63,769 nucleotides of DNA, filler included, from Nemertoderma westbladi (GCA_032718475.1; 3 parts of 3 records of this genome joined end to end with filler, not necessarily neighbours in it); one strand, 5' to 3'; numbered from the whole stretch's first letter, positions 1-12,932 are shown. The notes: generated by a model not told the origin, from the letters alone. A program made the numbers and translations.

Positions 1-2472
1 ACAAATATAAACTGTTACTGTTCGACAGAACAGTATTAAGCTGTATTTAATACCTACACTGCAATACAAATATAAACTGTTACTGTTCGCGCTTTCGAAG
101 ACCTTTAGCAGTTTAACCTGCCAAATTTTATATGTCTTTTAGTTAATTAAAACCACTTTAGCATACGACAATAATTTATGCTAATACGCAAAACATTAGC
201 CGAAATCAGCCCATGCGCGATCATTCACCCGATGGATCTACACCCGGGAGACTGAATTCGGATGCTTGAATTGTATTATTACAGTGTAAGGTTGCAGTGT
301 AAACTTACTGTATTATTCGATAGATCGTTAATAATTAATCTCTGACAGGTATTATTGGCTTTCGGGAAATATTAACAGTTCCTTTAGGACGTGGCGCTTT
401 ATCTATTTAAACAGAACTAGGACTTATACTAAACGCAACGATACTGCTTGGGATTGAAGTATAAAGCGTATTCTTTAGGAAATACTTTGTTACCAATCAC
501 AATCATACACACTATTCTGCCGACAGTCAGTACATTTGATCACACATAAAGAGAGTAGTAATTGACTCACGTAGGGTCTGCTAAATAACATTGGATTCAA
601 TACACACCACATTAATATAAATCGCAATTGTTATATATAGCCGGTCTCTCTAACCTGTAGTGTTATCAAGAAAATTGGGAATTGGGTGATTTATCCGTAT
701 TATCCAAATAGCAATATTTCCATCAACAAATATTTACAATTAATAACTGACGGTAAAATAACAGTACAAACAATATGATTAATGCAATTAAAAGTATCAA
801 GGTGAGATGAGTGATTTAAGTCAGTGAGTTTAGTTAGGTAACAGTTTATACTTTCGATAATTCAAGCAGTTTACGGTACAGCAGTATCTATCCAAAAATG
901 CCGGTGTTTCTGGCTTAGACAGCAATAACAACAAAGTATCAAGAAAAAACAGTAAGACTGAACACTCTCCTTATGATCGACTAAAAAGCTACACGTCGAC
1001 AGGAAAAACCGCCCTGATTGGCCCAAGCCAAACAAAGAACCACGCGGCCAATGGCTGTTTCCATGTCAGCAACCAGCTGCTAGATGTCGTAATATGAATC
1101 ATCACAGCTAAACTGTGAAAGGTGGTTGATGCATTACAAGTTTTTTGTCTTACCATGTCCGCTAAAACACGTATATAGCAGAATGATTTTTATGTCCGTT
1201 AAAACACCTGTAAAGGTACCTTGAGGGCGAGGGGAATATATATACAGTTAGAAAACCTTTTTTAGAGTATTCCAGCGCCTGGGGGGAACTGGCCAGCATA
1301 GGCAAACGTATCAGTTATCCCACAAAAGCTTTTACAAAAACAAAAAAAATTTGATTGCCACTGTAAAACTCACCTTTTAGGTACTGTATAAAATATGTTT
1401 TTGTTGTGAAAAGACTGCTTTTACAATGAAAACACGTCATTGCTAAGCCAAAGTTGCAGTTGCTTTGCAAAAATGATCATTGTTATGCAAAACATGTCAT
1501 CACTACAGATAACTTGCTTCTCTTATTTAAAACCTATACAAAAAAAAACATATTAATGCTATGAAAAGTAAATTCAAATATATTTTAGTGATTTGGTATA
1601 CGTCCCATATTTTAAAATTTGACTGAACTGCAATATTTAAAAAATTTTGAGAAACCCAACAGTTATTCCCGTATTAGGAGGAAAACTCCTGTTGCTATGA
1701 CCATAAAACATGATTTTGTCAAATAGAATAACTACAGAAGACCCCATAATACTTTTAATTATCAAAAATACTTAAATTATTAACCTCTACGGTGAATAAA
1801 ATACCAAAACGATATTGGAAATACATAATAATAATATATGCCCGTTTCTATGGTAACAATACAATAATGACCTCGCTTGTGATCATGAATGTTGCCTATA
1901 TAACTTATTGATATGCATCTGAAATACATACGGCATGTTTCTGACGGATGTTCTACATATTACAAAATGTTTCCCGTTGCTTATGGTAATAAGAAAAGAC
2001 CTGCTGTGTCGGTAAATAATTGTCTTGGGTTATGAACATGTAAGGTAATTGACCCTAAATGGATTTCTTTTTAAACTGATAGTAACTATATGTAAAATGA
2101 GGAAACATTGTACAAGGTTATTTTTTGCTAGTTTCCATGGATACATGGCAACTGCTAATCCATTTTTATGGCGCCACCATTAAAAATATAGATGGTCTTA
2201 TTGACAACATATTTGGAATGTTTCATGATTTTAGCCAAAGGGAAACACATATTTGGCAATGGTTTAGAAAACTATTGATATTTGCAAAAAGTATCCTAAA
2301 TTTGCAGTAAAAACGACATCTAAAGACGTATTTCGAACAGTTGCCATGGTAACTGGGTTAGTAGGTAGGGTAACTGGTAGGTCAAGGTTAGAATTCTGTA
2401 GAGTATAAAATGGTCTTTGCAAATGACCTCGTGTTGCCATGGTGAAACGGGACCCAAAAATGCACAATTGAA

Positions 2473-2804
2473 CTTGTAATGCCGTGTTACTATGTAAAGT
2501 TGTGCATGCCTGAATATTTAGTAGGAATGGAACTAGAATAACCAGAACTGACATTTAATTTATAGTCACATAAATTACTAATAATATGGACACTAAGTTA
2601 AAAGCATGAAGACCACATATGTAGTGTAGTAAATATTAATTCCTATTTTATTATCTTTTCTTATTCCGTTCTAAATAATATTTGTATGTCTACCATTAGT
2701 TACATTATAGAATAGATAAAATAGTTAGTTATGCATGGGAGAGATTATGTAGGATAACATTATATAAAGGCAAGACAGAAAACGAAAACAAGAGAAAAAC
2801 ATTT
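2473..2804 (+). repeat. Left arm of ~330-bp inverted repeat (partner 12933-13256)
   Basis: Near-identical reverse complement of 12933-13256 (e.g. gtaggaatggaactagaa vs ttctagttccattcctac), with few substitutions and one small indel. Confidence 0.93.
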
Positions 2805-3258
2805 CAGAAACATTAAAATCCTTAACTGTAATATTTTGATTAACATATTTCATTATTATCTCAATTATGTAAACAGTTGTGATCATTTGTAATCAATTAT
2901 GTTGGGAACAGTGAATCGACTTCAAGGTACCTTGGAGAAGAGGCCCCGTCCGGCTGTAATTACAGTGGAACCGAATGCAAAACAATGTGAGATTGAACAA
3001 CATGCTAAGGTGATGAAAGAAGTTGGTGGTGGTGTTTACAAATGTTTTCGTTAAGGCAGATCAGCATCCAGCTATTCACCGTGAGATATCGAGGCTCTAA
3101 AAACTAGCAGCTACTGAGCGTCGCAAGGCAGGAAATGTCGGAAGTAAAATCGAGTATGATCCTAAACTACGTGTAGTTAGAAAATATTGAATGGTAATCG
3201 ACCGATTTGCATTACATTTTTGAGTACCCGCAAGCCAAATATTCAGCTATGATTGTGT

Positions 3259-3682
3259 TCATTGAATATCAATGGAGTTGGTAACACACTGGAGAATCCG
3301 TATTGAATAAATATTATAAGCAAATTTGATATTGTATATGGTTGTTAGAGACAAAGACTCCATTACAAATTGGATTTAAAGATTACACAGCGCAGACCTC
3401 TAGGAGTCGAAGTCATTGTGGGGGTTGTTCCTCTCTCATTCATGACTATGTAGCATATTTAGTAAACCGGATTGACCAGACATTGGAGGGTCAGGTATGA
3501 ATATCTTTAAGTTGTTTCCCGGGGTGGAAATTCGGCGGAATATATATGCCTCCTAAGGATTCTCCATATTTTGACATATCTATACTGGGTGCTCTTCAGG
3601 GGAAAATATCTAATCCGCAGGATAAATTCTTTATAATGGGCGATCTGAACTCTCGAGTGGCCAACCTGGGTGACGAAACTGG
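3259..3682 (+). pseudogene. Degenerate non-LTR retrotransposon APE-endonuclease fragment
   Basis: Starts with SLNINGVG (typical EN N-terminus); later IYMPP...FFIMGDLNSRV (GDxN motif, ORF 3546-3737). Frameshifted and cut off where LTR-like sequence begins at ~3683. Confidence 0.7.
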
Positions 3683-5035
3683 TATCACAACCAACACTGG
3701 GGAGAACACAAACCCCAAAGCCACACACAAAGGGTAGGTTAGAGGTCAAATCACCTCGGAAGGGGAGACAACCAGCAGGGGCCAACAGAGGGTGGAAACA
3801 CTCCCAGAGAGTGGAGAGGCGTGAAGTAGATTATTAGCCAATGGGGGCAAAGGAAGCATCCACTAAGTAAGAGGCTACAGTAATGTAGAGGTAACCATAC
3901 ATATATATTATCCTGCTACCGGTCTGTGAATCAGTTATTCAGTTATTGGTTTTTAGTGCAGACCGGTGACAATCCTCACCATCACCAATATATCATCACA
4001 TTGAGACTCATACCGGTACCCATCAAAACTATACTATCCTGTTACCATTATTGTGCTATCATTAACATCCAGTTATTCAGAGTATCAAGAAACAACAACA
4101 AACTCTTACTCTTATTTTCCACTACAACGGTGATGCGTAGCTTATTCATCCAGTCGGGATCCCTTGATCCCGTCACAGTGAGGATTACCCAACCACTACA
4201 AACTGTGACTGCAGGAGTAAAAGATGAGCACAGGAGGACCCCGATTATCAGAGGGAGAGAGGACACCGCCGCGGACCCCGGACGATACCAACCAAACGAT
4301 CCATGAGGCCGCGACGCGACGGTATCGGCCAGCGACGCCGGATTCGCCGACGAGGGACGATCCGGTAGCCCAAGCGGAGGGCGGCTGCCTACAACGAGGA
4401 AGGGACGAGTCGTCGCACGGCGGCGGTCGGAGTACCGAAGTCGCCGCCCAGCCACAGGCCAAGGGCGACGGACGGCCCACCGGAACAGCGACGGTGGGGC
4501 CGCCGGTACGACGCCAAACCAGGAGAGGAGGAGGAGATGTCGGCGAAGAGGACGTCGGGACCAGCGATGGTATCGACGGGCCTACAACGCCACCAAGAAA
4601 CTGTTGAAGGGGGCCAAAGAGGGAGAGAAGGTAAATCAGGGAAAGATGAGCCAGCGGCTAGGTGAGTCGAATAAACACTTTCGGTATCTAGTTCGTTTTG
4701 GGCAGGGAGAACTGGCGAGTGAGAGAGCGAGGGGGGTCGCCACCGAACTATTCGAACTGTGGCGATCCGGTGTTATGGAGCCTGAAATAGTGTACGTAGG
4801 GCCATATTTAGTGGATGTCAGGGGAATTAAGTTAGTGGGTTGGGCGGATCCGCACGAGGGCGAACCCGAGGTTAACCCCAAGGATTCGGTCTCATCGGTT
4901 AGTGAGAACCCCAGAAAGCGGGGGAAAGTTAGTAGGACAGAGAGACGATGGGAGTCCGTCGTGACTGATAAGTCCGCTACATCCCCCGCGAATGCAAGAA
5001 GGGTGTTAGAGATAGATCTGGCGTGTCAACTAGAC
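3683..5035 (+). mobile_element. 3'-truncated LTR retrotransposon copy (LTR-like ~3683-4126 plus 5' part of the gag ORF, frameshifted ~4605), paralogous to the element at 5036-12835
   Basis: ORFs 4224-4607 and 4604-5131 align by eye to ORF 10856-12316(-): RTPDD..EAATRRYRP, RPTGTATVGPPVRR, RLGESN.HF.YL.RFGQ, VYVGPYLVD.RG. Similarity stops at ~5035. The start tatcacaaccaac resembles tgtcaccccaac of the other copy. Confidence 0.8.
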
Positions 5036-5529
5036 AGCAGTTGGATGAGCTCGCTCACCTGTAAGGTGGTGCCTTACCAAGGCGCAATACAGATGAGTGA
5101 TGTAGCTAAGATGTTCTGTACGGTCCGATAATGGCCTATTTTCTATCTAATGACGCCTTTTAGCCTAAATTCTTGTTACTTAATTCTGTAGCTAATAAAT
5201 GAGCCTAATTTACTATTTCTGTCCGTTGCTTCAACTGTGTTCCAGAATAATTTCCCCATTGTTACCATAATTTGTAATTTTTTAGCCCTATTTATTCTAT
5301 TTATTTAATCTAATTTTAACCCTACTGTCCTACTACTTGCTACTGCCTATGGATTATTCTATTTCCTAATCCACATTCTGACCTACTCTGTGGGCCTGTG
5401 CAGTACAGCAGTATGCCTCGCGTGGCCACACGATTTATCCAGCTGTACTCATATGCCCCCCTCTCGCTACTAACCGCTGACTAATATCTATACCATATAT
5501 ACCCTACTACCTCTATCTCTATCTCTTAC

Positions 5530-6056
5530 TAACTAGTACTACGTACTTTCTTACTAACTCTTACTTTCTCTAACCAACTAACGGTACTACGTACCCTCTG
5601 ACTCTTATTCTCTCTAACTAACTAACGGTACTACGTACCCTCTAACTCTTCTAACTAACGGTACTACATACCCTCTAACTCTCTAACTAACGGTACTACG
5701 TACCCTCTAACTCTCTAACTATCGGTACTACGAACCCTCTAACTCTCTAACTAACGGTACTACGTACCCTCTAACTCTCTAACTATCGGTACTACGTACC
5801 CTCTAACTCTCTAACTAACGGTACTACGTACCTCCTAACTCTCTGACTAACGGTACTACGTACCTCCTAACTCTCTAACTAACGGTACTACGTACCCTCT
5901 AACTCTCTGACTAACGGTACTACGTACCCTCTAACTCTCTGACTAACGGTACTATGTACCTCCTAACTAACTAACTAGCGGTACTACGTACCTCCTAACT
6001 AACTAACTAACTCTAGGTACTACGTACCTTCTAACTGACTCCTAACTAACTAACTC
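5530..6056. repeat. Tandem repeat, ~32-bp unit (ctaactctctaactaacggtactacgtaccct), ~16 copies, in the 3' region of the LTR element
   Basis: 32-nt periodicity read directly (ggtac at 5724 and 5756), with variant units. Confidence 0.95.
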
Positions 6057-6212
6057 TAATTTTTTTTATTCGTTTTATTTTATTTTGTGTGGGAAGGGCG
6101 TCTCGCCCTCAATCCCACCCCCCTCAGTCCAAAACTTGGACGACTAAACTCCTCTCTAACTACAATCTAAGGTGCCCCTTCTAATAGACAGGTAACACCT
6201 CTACCCGCACTT

Positions 6213-8914
6213 CTACGGATCAAACTCTTTCATCTCGGTCCAACTTATTGGACAACTCAGCGACCTAAGGGGTGATTCCTCCAGCAGGCAACTCTCCCAC
6301 TGCTCCCCTATAGGTCCTCTAATTCTTCGCTCCGCTCTCCTTGTCAATTCTGGTGGCATTTTCTCCTGTCTTTGAATTGGGAAATGCTGTCTACTATTTA
6401 TGTTTCTGATCTCGTGGTCGTCCCTTGGCGGCAAAGTGCCACCCTTCAACGTGTCGCCCGGCGGTATAATGCCGCCCCTGTTCTTCTCCTTAATCTTAGA
6501 TGCCACCTCTGTTGGCCTCCCCCTTAATATTTGTGCTGGCATTAAAGGCTTCAACAACCCCCGTTCGTCCTTCGGTATACACGATGTCTGCCCATGTAAT
6601 GCCCCCTCGCACTCTGTCAGTCCCGCGTGCGTACGCAGCACGCCTTCTACTCTCCCGGCTCCTTTGTCCACCACATGTTTATTCATGGGCTTCTCTGCCC
6701 CTGGTCTGATCGTCTCACATCTTCTCCCTTTCCATCTTGTGTTCTTACTCGGCTTCCCCCTTGTCGGTATGCCTCTCAACCGGACCGGCGTCTCTTCCAG
6801 ACACTCCTCTGGACACTCCACCGGACACTCCTCCGGTTTGTCCTCCCGACACTCCACCGGGCACTCCTCCGGTTTGTTCTCCGGACATTTCGCCGTCCTC
6901 TCCTCTCCATCTCCATACCGATACTTGCTGGGGCCCTTATTCCAACCCATTGTCTCTAGATCTTCTGCATCCATGCCATTCTCCTCCGCCCACTCTCTTG
7001 GTGTTGCTTCCACTTCTAGCTGTCTCCCACTATTGCCCATCTCTGGCCTCTCCTCTACCTCGTCAACGGTCCCTGGCACCATGCATCCTGAGCTCTCAGA
7101 CACAAGGAAGTGTATATTACTCTTAATTGGGCCTGTCAGTGTCCACCCGAATGGTGTCAGTATCGCCACCGGGTCACACTGCTTGTCTTTGCCGAAGACC
7201 GTTTGCATTCTTTCGTGGGCCATTGGGCAGTCCATTCCTACTATGATGGATACCTTCCTAACGTCCACTTCTGGGATTGAGAAGTCAATGTCGTCCAGGA
7301 ATTTATATTGCTCGACCTCGATGTTGGTTGGCCGCCTGGCATTGATATTGATTGACTCTATCACTTGGATGGGGTCGATGCTCGCCCCATAGTCGCACCC
7401 TGGTGCTATTGCTGCGATGGTGCACCGTCCGGTTCTCATCTCCAGGACCTCATCTTTACTGGAGATGGTTGTTACTGCCATTCTACTTGGCCTCGTTCTC
7501 AATCCTATTTCTTCGGCCACCCAATCCTCGACTAATGTGAAGGCAGCTCCACTGTCAACCAGCATTAACGTTGTTACTGATCGGTTGCCTTCTCTAATCA
7601 CTCGCACTGGTACTACCCCAAGTAGCACCGTTCCTCTCTTCTTCGCCCCTACCGTGCTCGTTGCCATTGTTTGGCCTCTCCTCTGACCGAACTTGATCGG
7701 CGTCTCCTTGCATTGCCTAGCCCTATGTCCACTCATCACGCATCGCGAGCAGATCTCATTTCTCGTCGCATATTCTATCTGATCTTCTCTAGGTAGCGCT
7801 TGCCAGTACCTGCAGTTCATGGTTTGATGAAGCGCATTTGTATGTAGCTGGCATTTGCTCTTTGGGTCGTAGCCGTCCTTATATAGTGCACTGCGTATCG
7901 CAGCTGTGTTTGTACCAAAGTCCCTATTATTCTTATTGTTTGGGTTCGGCCTACTGGATGTACTGGGGTTATATTTATTCGTGTTGTTATTGTTCCCCTG
8001 TCCGTTCCATGGTATGGTCTTACTTTCGGCTACTTGTGGACTTGCAGTCCCCTGCGTCGCTGCATATGGCAGTGATTGCCTGAGCTTCGGTAATGCGTTT
8101 GACGTATTGTGTTCTGATTTCGGTCTATGGTAATCCGTTTTCGGTCCCTTTCCCAGGCTATCTTCGCTATAGACTGGGTCGGTTATTAGTTCAGCTTCGT
8201 AGTTTAAGAAGTTTGACATTTCTTCTAAACCCGGTTCCGCACCCTTTCTATCTCGAGTGGAGAAGGCGATTTTCCTCCACTTGTTGCGCAGCCAGCTTGG
8301 CAGTGCCTGCGCTATCGTGGTGATGTTATTGGATGCGTTGAGCTCGTATGGCGCCTCTAGCGTCTTTAGCACGATTAGCGCCTTTTCGACTTTGTTTGCG
8401 AACGTCTTGATGCTAACGGGATTATCCTGCAGGCCACCCGATGTTATGCCTCTCAGGGTTTGCCTGATGATCTTGGCCGGGTGCCCGTATTCCCTGTCCA
8501 GTGCCCGCCATGCTGTCGTGAAGCCGCCCTCTATGCCTTGATATTGCCTCACGATGTCGTATGCTGGGCCTCCCGTGTAAATACTTGCAGATATTTTAGG
8601 CACTCCGCCTGCGTCAAGTTTTTTGTTAGTATTTCATTACTATACATGCGCCAAAACTGTAGATATTCTTCCGGCCTACTCCCATCGAATTTGAATGGTT
8701 CCACGGGTGGTAACTCGATCCTTGTTTTCAACGCATCGATCAATGTGGCCATCCCCATCGCCTGCACTTCCAATGGGTTCGATGGATGTTGCATAGTTTC
8801 TCCTGTCTGGTGCGGTCCGTCCGTCCTATTTCCTGTCTTCCTTTGACTTGGGTATGTCATTGGGGGTAGCTGCCCCCTCCATATTTCTGTGTCACACGAC
8901 CTATTTTCGTCCAA
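6213..8914 (-). pseudogene. BEL/Pao gag-protease coding region (frameshift ~8575)
   Basis: ORFs 8549-8914 and 6213-8603 join as CLKYLQVFT/GGPAYDIV. Contains zinc knuckles and DSG protease. The C-terminal LTECEGALHGQ...LKPLMPAQILRGRP resembles the Pao post-integrase segment. Confidence 0.85.
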
Positions 8915-10039
8915 GGGTCTCGTTGTTCTTGCTCCTATCGGGGTATATTGTTGATATTGTGATGGGGGAATGTCACCCTGCCCCCCCCCCCCCCCCCCCC
9001 CCCCCCACCGGTATGTTCGGTACTGGGGTTGATGTTAATATATTGGGGCCCACGCACCTATCCGCAATAATTCCCCCCTCCCCTGGGTATATGTTGTGTC
9101 CCTGCATGCTGTAGTCATACTGCTGCACTGGTACCGGTATAGGCCTATCAGCTTCTGGCCTACCCGCCGGTATGTATTCCGCGACTTCCGGGTTTAATCC
9201 CGTTGTCCGCGCTATCCTATCGCCTATATTGCCTCTGTCAGCATGGCCTATTGTATGTGCAGTAAGGCCTACAGTGTGTCCTACAGTCTGCATGTGTCGC
9301 TCGGAATCGAAGTTTATTCTTCTCGAATAGTCCTCCCCGCGGCTACCGTATTCTCGATCGGTAGGTATATTCCGTCGGAAAGTTTCTCTTCGACCCCCTC
9401 TACTGCTCTCATCTTCGTACCGGTACATCGTGTACCCCTCCATCGGCGCGTAATGCGCCTCGCCAGGTCGCATCTCTCCGGGGCAACGACAATCTCCCGG
9501 AGTTCGACCCCACTGACTCTCTGTTCTCATCTCGACTACCGACGGCTCGCTATCCGTCCTCGCTCTTCTATCGTTCGCGGCGATACTTCTACTACTGTCT
9601 TCTCTTCTTCTCCTTTCAGTGGAGTATTCCCACTTGTGAGATCTCTCGTCGACCTCCCGGTTAAATTCCACTACTCTTCTTCCCTCTTCTGATCGGGCTC
9701 GACGCTTCGTCCGCCCTCTCACGATGTCAACCTGTCTCTCTCTGCTCGGTCGCACGCCACTGGGGATACTCGCAATCCCCCTATTACTCTCCGTCGCCGG
9801 ATGTTGCGGTTTACCTACTTCGGCCCGCGCATTATCCGTTGACGCCTGTGGGGCACTCTTTGACCCCCCCCTTTCGCCGCTAACTCATTGTTGTCGGGCC
9901 CCTGTAGCCCCCCCCCCCCCCCCCCCCACTCGCCACATCTAACCTCGCTATCTCTCACCCCGCTGCTATATCCCCCTCTAGTCGACACATCAACCCTACC
10001 GCGGTCGGGCCCATTCACCCCCGCCTCTCCCTCCGCTAT

Positions 10040-10460
10040 TGCGTAGCCTACCAGGCCCTCTACTCCCTGCCTACCAACTACGTGGCCTACCAGGCCTTCG
10101 CTGGGTCTACCCAACCCAGCCACTCCCTGCCTACCAGCTACGTGGCCTACCAGGCCCTCGCTGGGTCTACCCAACCCAGCCACTCCCTGCCTACCAACTA
10201 CGTGGCCTACCAGGCCTTCGCTGGGTCTACCCAACCCAGCCACTCCCTGCCTACCAACTACGTGGCCTACCAGGCCCTCGCTGGGTCTACCCAACCCAGC
10301 CACTCCCTGCCTACCAACTACGTGGCCTACCAGGCCTTCTCCGGGTTGGCTCAACCCCGCCACCTCCGACCTACTAACTGAGTGGCCCGCCAGGCCCCCT
10401 TCGGGTTGGCTCAACCCCGCCACCTCCGGCCTACCAATTGTACGACCTACCAGGCCCCCA
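10040..10460 (-). repeat. In-frame 60-bp tandem repeat (20-aa unit GLVGHVVGRQGVAGLGRPSE), ~7 copies
   Basis: Lines 10081-10321 are almost identical at 60-nt spacing; translated in ORF 9815-10477(-). Confidence 0.95.
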
Positions 10461-10855
10461 TCTGCCTGGCCATACACGCCCGACGTGTTCGTTCATGTTA
10501 ATAGCACCCATATTGGAAACGGAATTATTTTGTTCTTTCGAAATAAAATCATTTGAATTATTTTGCGCGACTACACTATCTCAATTATTTTGTAAATTCG
10601 TGCTTGGATCATTATTTAAATTATTTTGATTATTTTGCGTAACTACGTTATTTGAATTATTTTGTAAATTCTGGTTTGGATCGTTGTTTAAATTATTTGG
10701 ATTATATTGCGTAACTACATTGTTCGGATTATTTCCTACGTTAATATTAGAATCGTTCTGATTTAAATTTAAATTACTACCACTAGGCAAAGTATTTCCT
10801 GCAATAAAGGTTTGGTTAGAGTTATCTAATACGGTACTATTAATATTAACGACGT

Positions 10856-12316
10856 CTACTGTAGCATTATTGTTATTACCCCCCCCCCCCCCCCCCCCCC
10901 GCCCGTACGGTCACACCAGTTTTGGGTCTGTCGTGCGGTCCCTGTAAGTGGGGTATTAATAAATGTATCCATGGCCCCTGGCTCCCCTAAAATACTCGAG
11001 CCAGCCCCGCTCTCAGACACCCCCGCCCGCGCCAGTTGCAGCTCGCGTGTGCGTCTAATCTTATGCTCCATAAGCTCACCTTGGCGTCTCTCTAATTCTT
11101 TTCGCTCACACTCCTCCCTTGCCATTCTCTCCTTACACTCCCGTTTGCTCTGCTTGGCCAATTCCAACTCTCTTCTAGCTCCCTCTCTTCGTCTCGCCTC
11201 ACGCTCTTTGCGTTCACCCTCCTCTCTCACCTCACATTCTTTGCGCTCGTTTTCCTCTCTCGCCTCACGTTCTTTGCGCTCGCTTTTCTCTCTCGCTACA
11301 CGTTCCTTACGTTCTGCCTCACGCTCTTCTTGTTCCTTCCTCTCTATTTCCTCACACTCCCTAAGGCTTTTCACGGCCCTTTCGGCCCTCTCTCCGGTTT
11401 CTCTAATCAATGCCGTTTCCCTCTCTAGCAGCATTCTCCCCTCCTCTAACCGTTTATCTATTTCCCTTTGACCTTGCGCTATCAGGTCGAGGTGGTACGT
11501 GGCGTTTATCTCTCTCACCCGTCTTTCTTTTACGGAGGATGTAGCAGACTTATCGGTCGTGACGGATTCCCTCCGCCTTCCCGTCCCACTAACTTTCCCC
11601 CGCTTCCCGGAACTTCCTCCGACCGACGAGGCCGAATCCTCGGGGTTAACCTCGGATTCGCCCCCTTCAGGTCCCCTCCAACCCACTAATTTTACTCCCC
11701 GGGCATCGACTAAGTATGGCCCTACGTACACTACGCTAGGTTCCATACCCCTACACCGCCATAAGTCACACAGTTCCTCGGCAACCCCTCTCGCTCTCTC
11801 CTTGGCCAGTTCTATTTGCCCGAAGCGCATTAGATAATTAAAGTGTCTATTCGACTCACCTAGTCGTTTCCTCAGTCTCACCTCGTCTATCTTCGCCCCC
11901 TCTTTGGCCTCCTTTAGTAGTTTCTGGGTCGCATTGTAGGCCCGTCGAAGTCGATCAGAAACCCCGACGTCCTCGTCGCCGACCTCTCTTCCGTCTCTCC
12001 GGGTCCGACGTCGTACCGGCGGCCCCACCGTCGCCGTTCCGGTGGGCCGTTCGTCGCCCTCGGCCTGTGGCTGGCCGGCGACATCAGTACGTCGACCCAC
12101 GTCCCGTGTCGACTCGTCTCCTTCTCCCTCCGTCTCGCTCTCCCCTTCTCTCGGCTCAACCTCTGGCTCCAGACGGCCCCCCTCGTCCTGAACTGCCGGG
12201 TGACCCATTACCGATGGGTCCGGCATCGTGGGCCTATACCGTCTGGTCGCGGCCTCGCGGATCGTTAGATCGTCGTCCGGGGTCCGCGTCGGTGTTGTTT
12301 CTCTCTCTCGACTCAT
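10856..12316 (-). pseudogene. N-terminal part of the retrotransposon ORF1/gag, with E/R/K-rich coiled coil
   Basis: 486-aa ORF directly after LTR/PBS; ERKEREARE repeats; frame lost at the poly-G tract near 10890; paralogous to 4224-5035. Confidence 0.75.
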
Positions 12317-12431
12317 CTCTCTACTTTAGGTTGGTGGCTGGTAGTCTTGTTTAGCTAGCTAGGGCAGCAGCTCTGGTTCAATTACTGTGACTGGATCCAG
12401 ATAGGATCCCGGTTTATCCAGTTTGTCAGTT

Positions 12432-12835
12432 CACGCGTCCCCGCCATGTGTGAAGAGTAAAAGAGTTTCGGTTGTTCGATGTGTATAATACTTGGGTATA
12501 TAGATATAGATATGATATAATAATAACGTTGTTGTACATGGAAGGCGGGATACGGTAATTGAAGTCCCGGTACTTCCCTAGCTAAACTATTACTACTGTA
12601 ACACCAATAACTAACACTGAGATAAATGAATGAAATGATTACTGCCAACTGGTTATATTGCACGGGTTGGCCTTGTTACTCTACCTAGCCGATGCCTTTC
12701 CCCCCTCTGATTGGTTGATACCCTTGTTGGCGCCCTTTGGAGTGTTCCCGTTCACTCCACCTGTTCTCTCTCTGTTAGGGGTTTGGCCCCTGACCCTCAT
12801 TGTCTGTTTCTCCTTCCCATTTTGTTGGGGTGACA
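12432..12835 (-). repeat. Putative 5' LTR (12835-12447) and primer-binding site (12446-12432)
   Basis: Minus strand begins TGTCACCCC and ends CTTCACACA, followed at once by TGGCGGGGACGCGTG; lies just upstream of the ORF. No second LTR is available to confirm the ends. Confidence 0.6.
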
Positions 12836-12932
12836 CGAGTGATTGATTACCCATTACCCAATTTCGTGGCCCCCAATATTGCTTAACGGCTTACTTTATG
12901 GGTTTGGGTTAGCGGGATTGAATAAGCTAACA

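Larger units (their letters stand above)
5036..12835 (-). mobile_element. BEL/Pao-type LTR retrotransposon, degenerate and non-autonomous (5' LTR, long low-complexity ORF, gag, protease; no RT; 3' LTR not seen)
   Basis: Pao gag-like motif ELPPVEPFKFDG..YLQFW and AWRALDREYGHP, Cys/His knuckles CQLH..HQTMNC and CSRC..GHRARQC, aspartic protease LVDSGA, TPFGWTLTGP. LTR-like TG...CA 12835-12447 followed by PBS-like TGGCGG. Confidence 0.85.

Noticed and set aside
300-1100. Possible small minus-strand exons (GTAAGT/GTGAGT donors near 305 and 568) and CCAAT boxes near 1020-1050
   Set aside because: The candidate exon has stops in the frames I checked and no recognisable product; cannot be supported without RNA data.
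6400-8846. Plus-strand ORFs (e.g. 330 aa at 6400-7392) overlapping gag-protease
   Set aside because: Antisense shadows of the retrotransposon ORF with no recognisable motifs.
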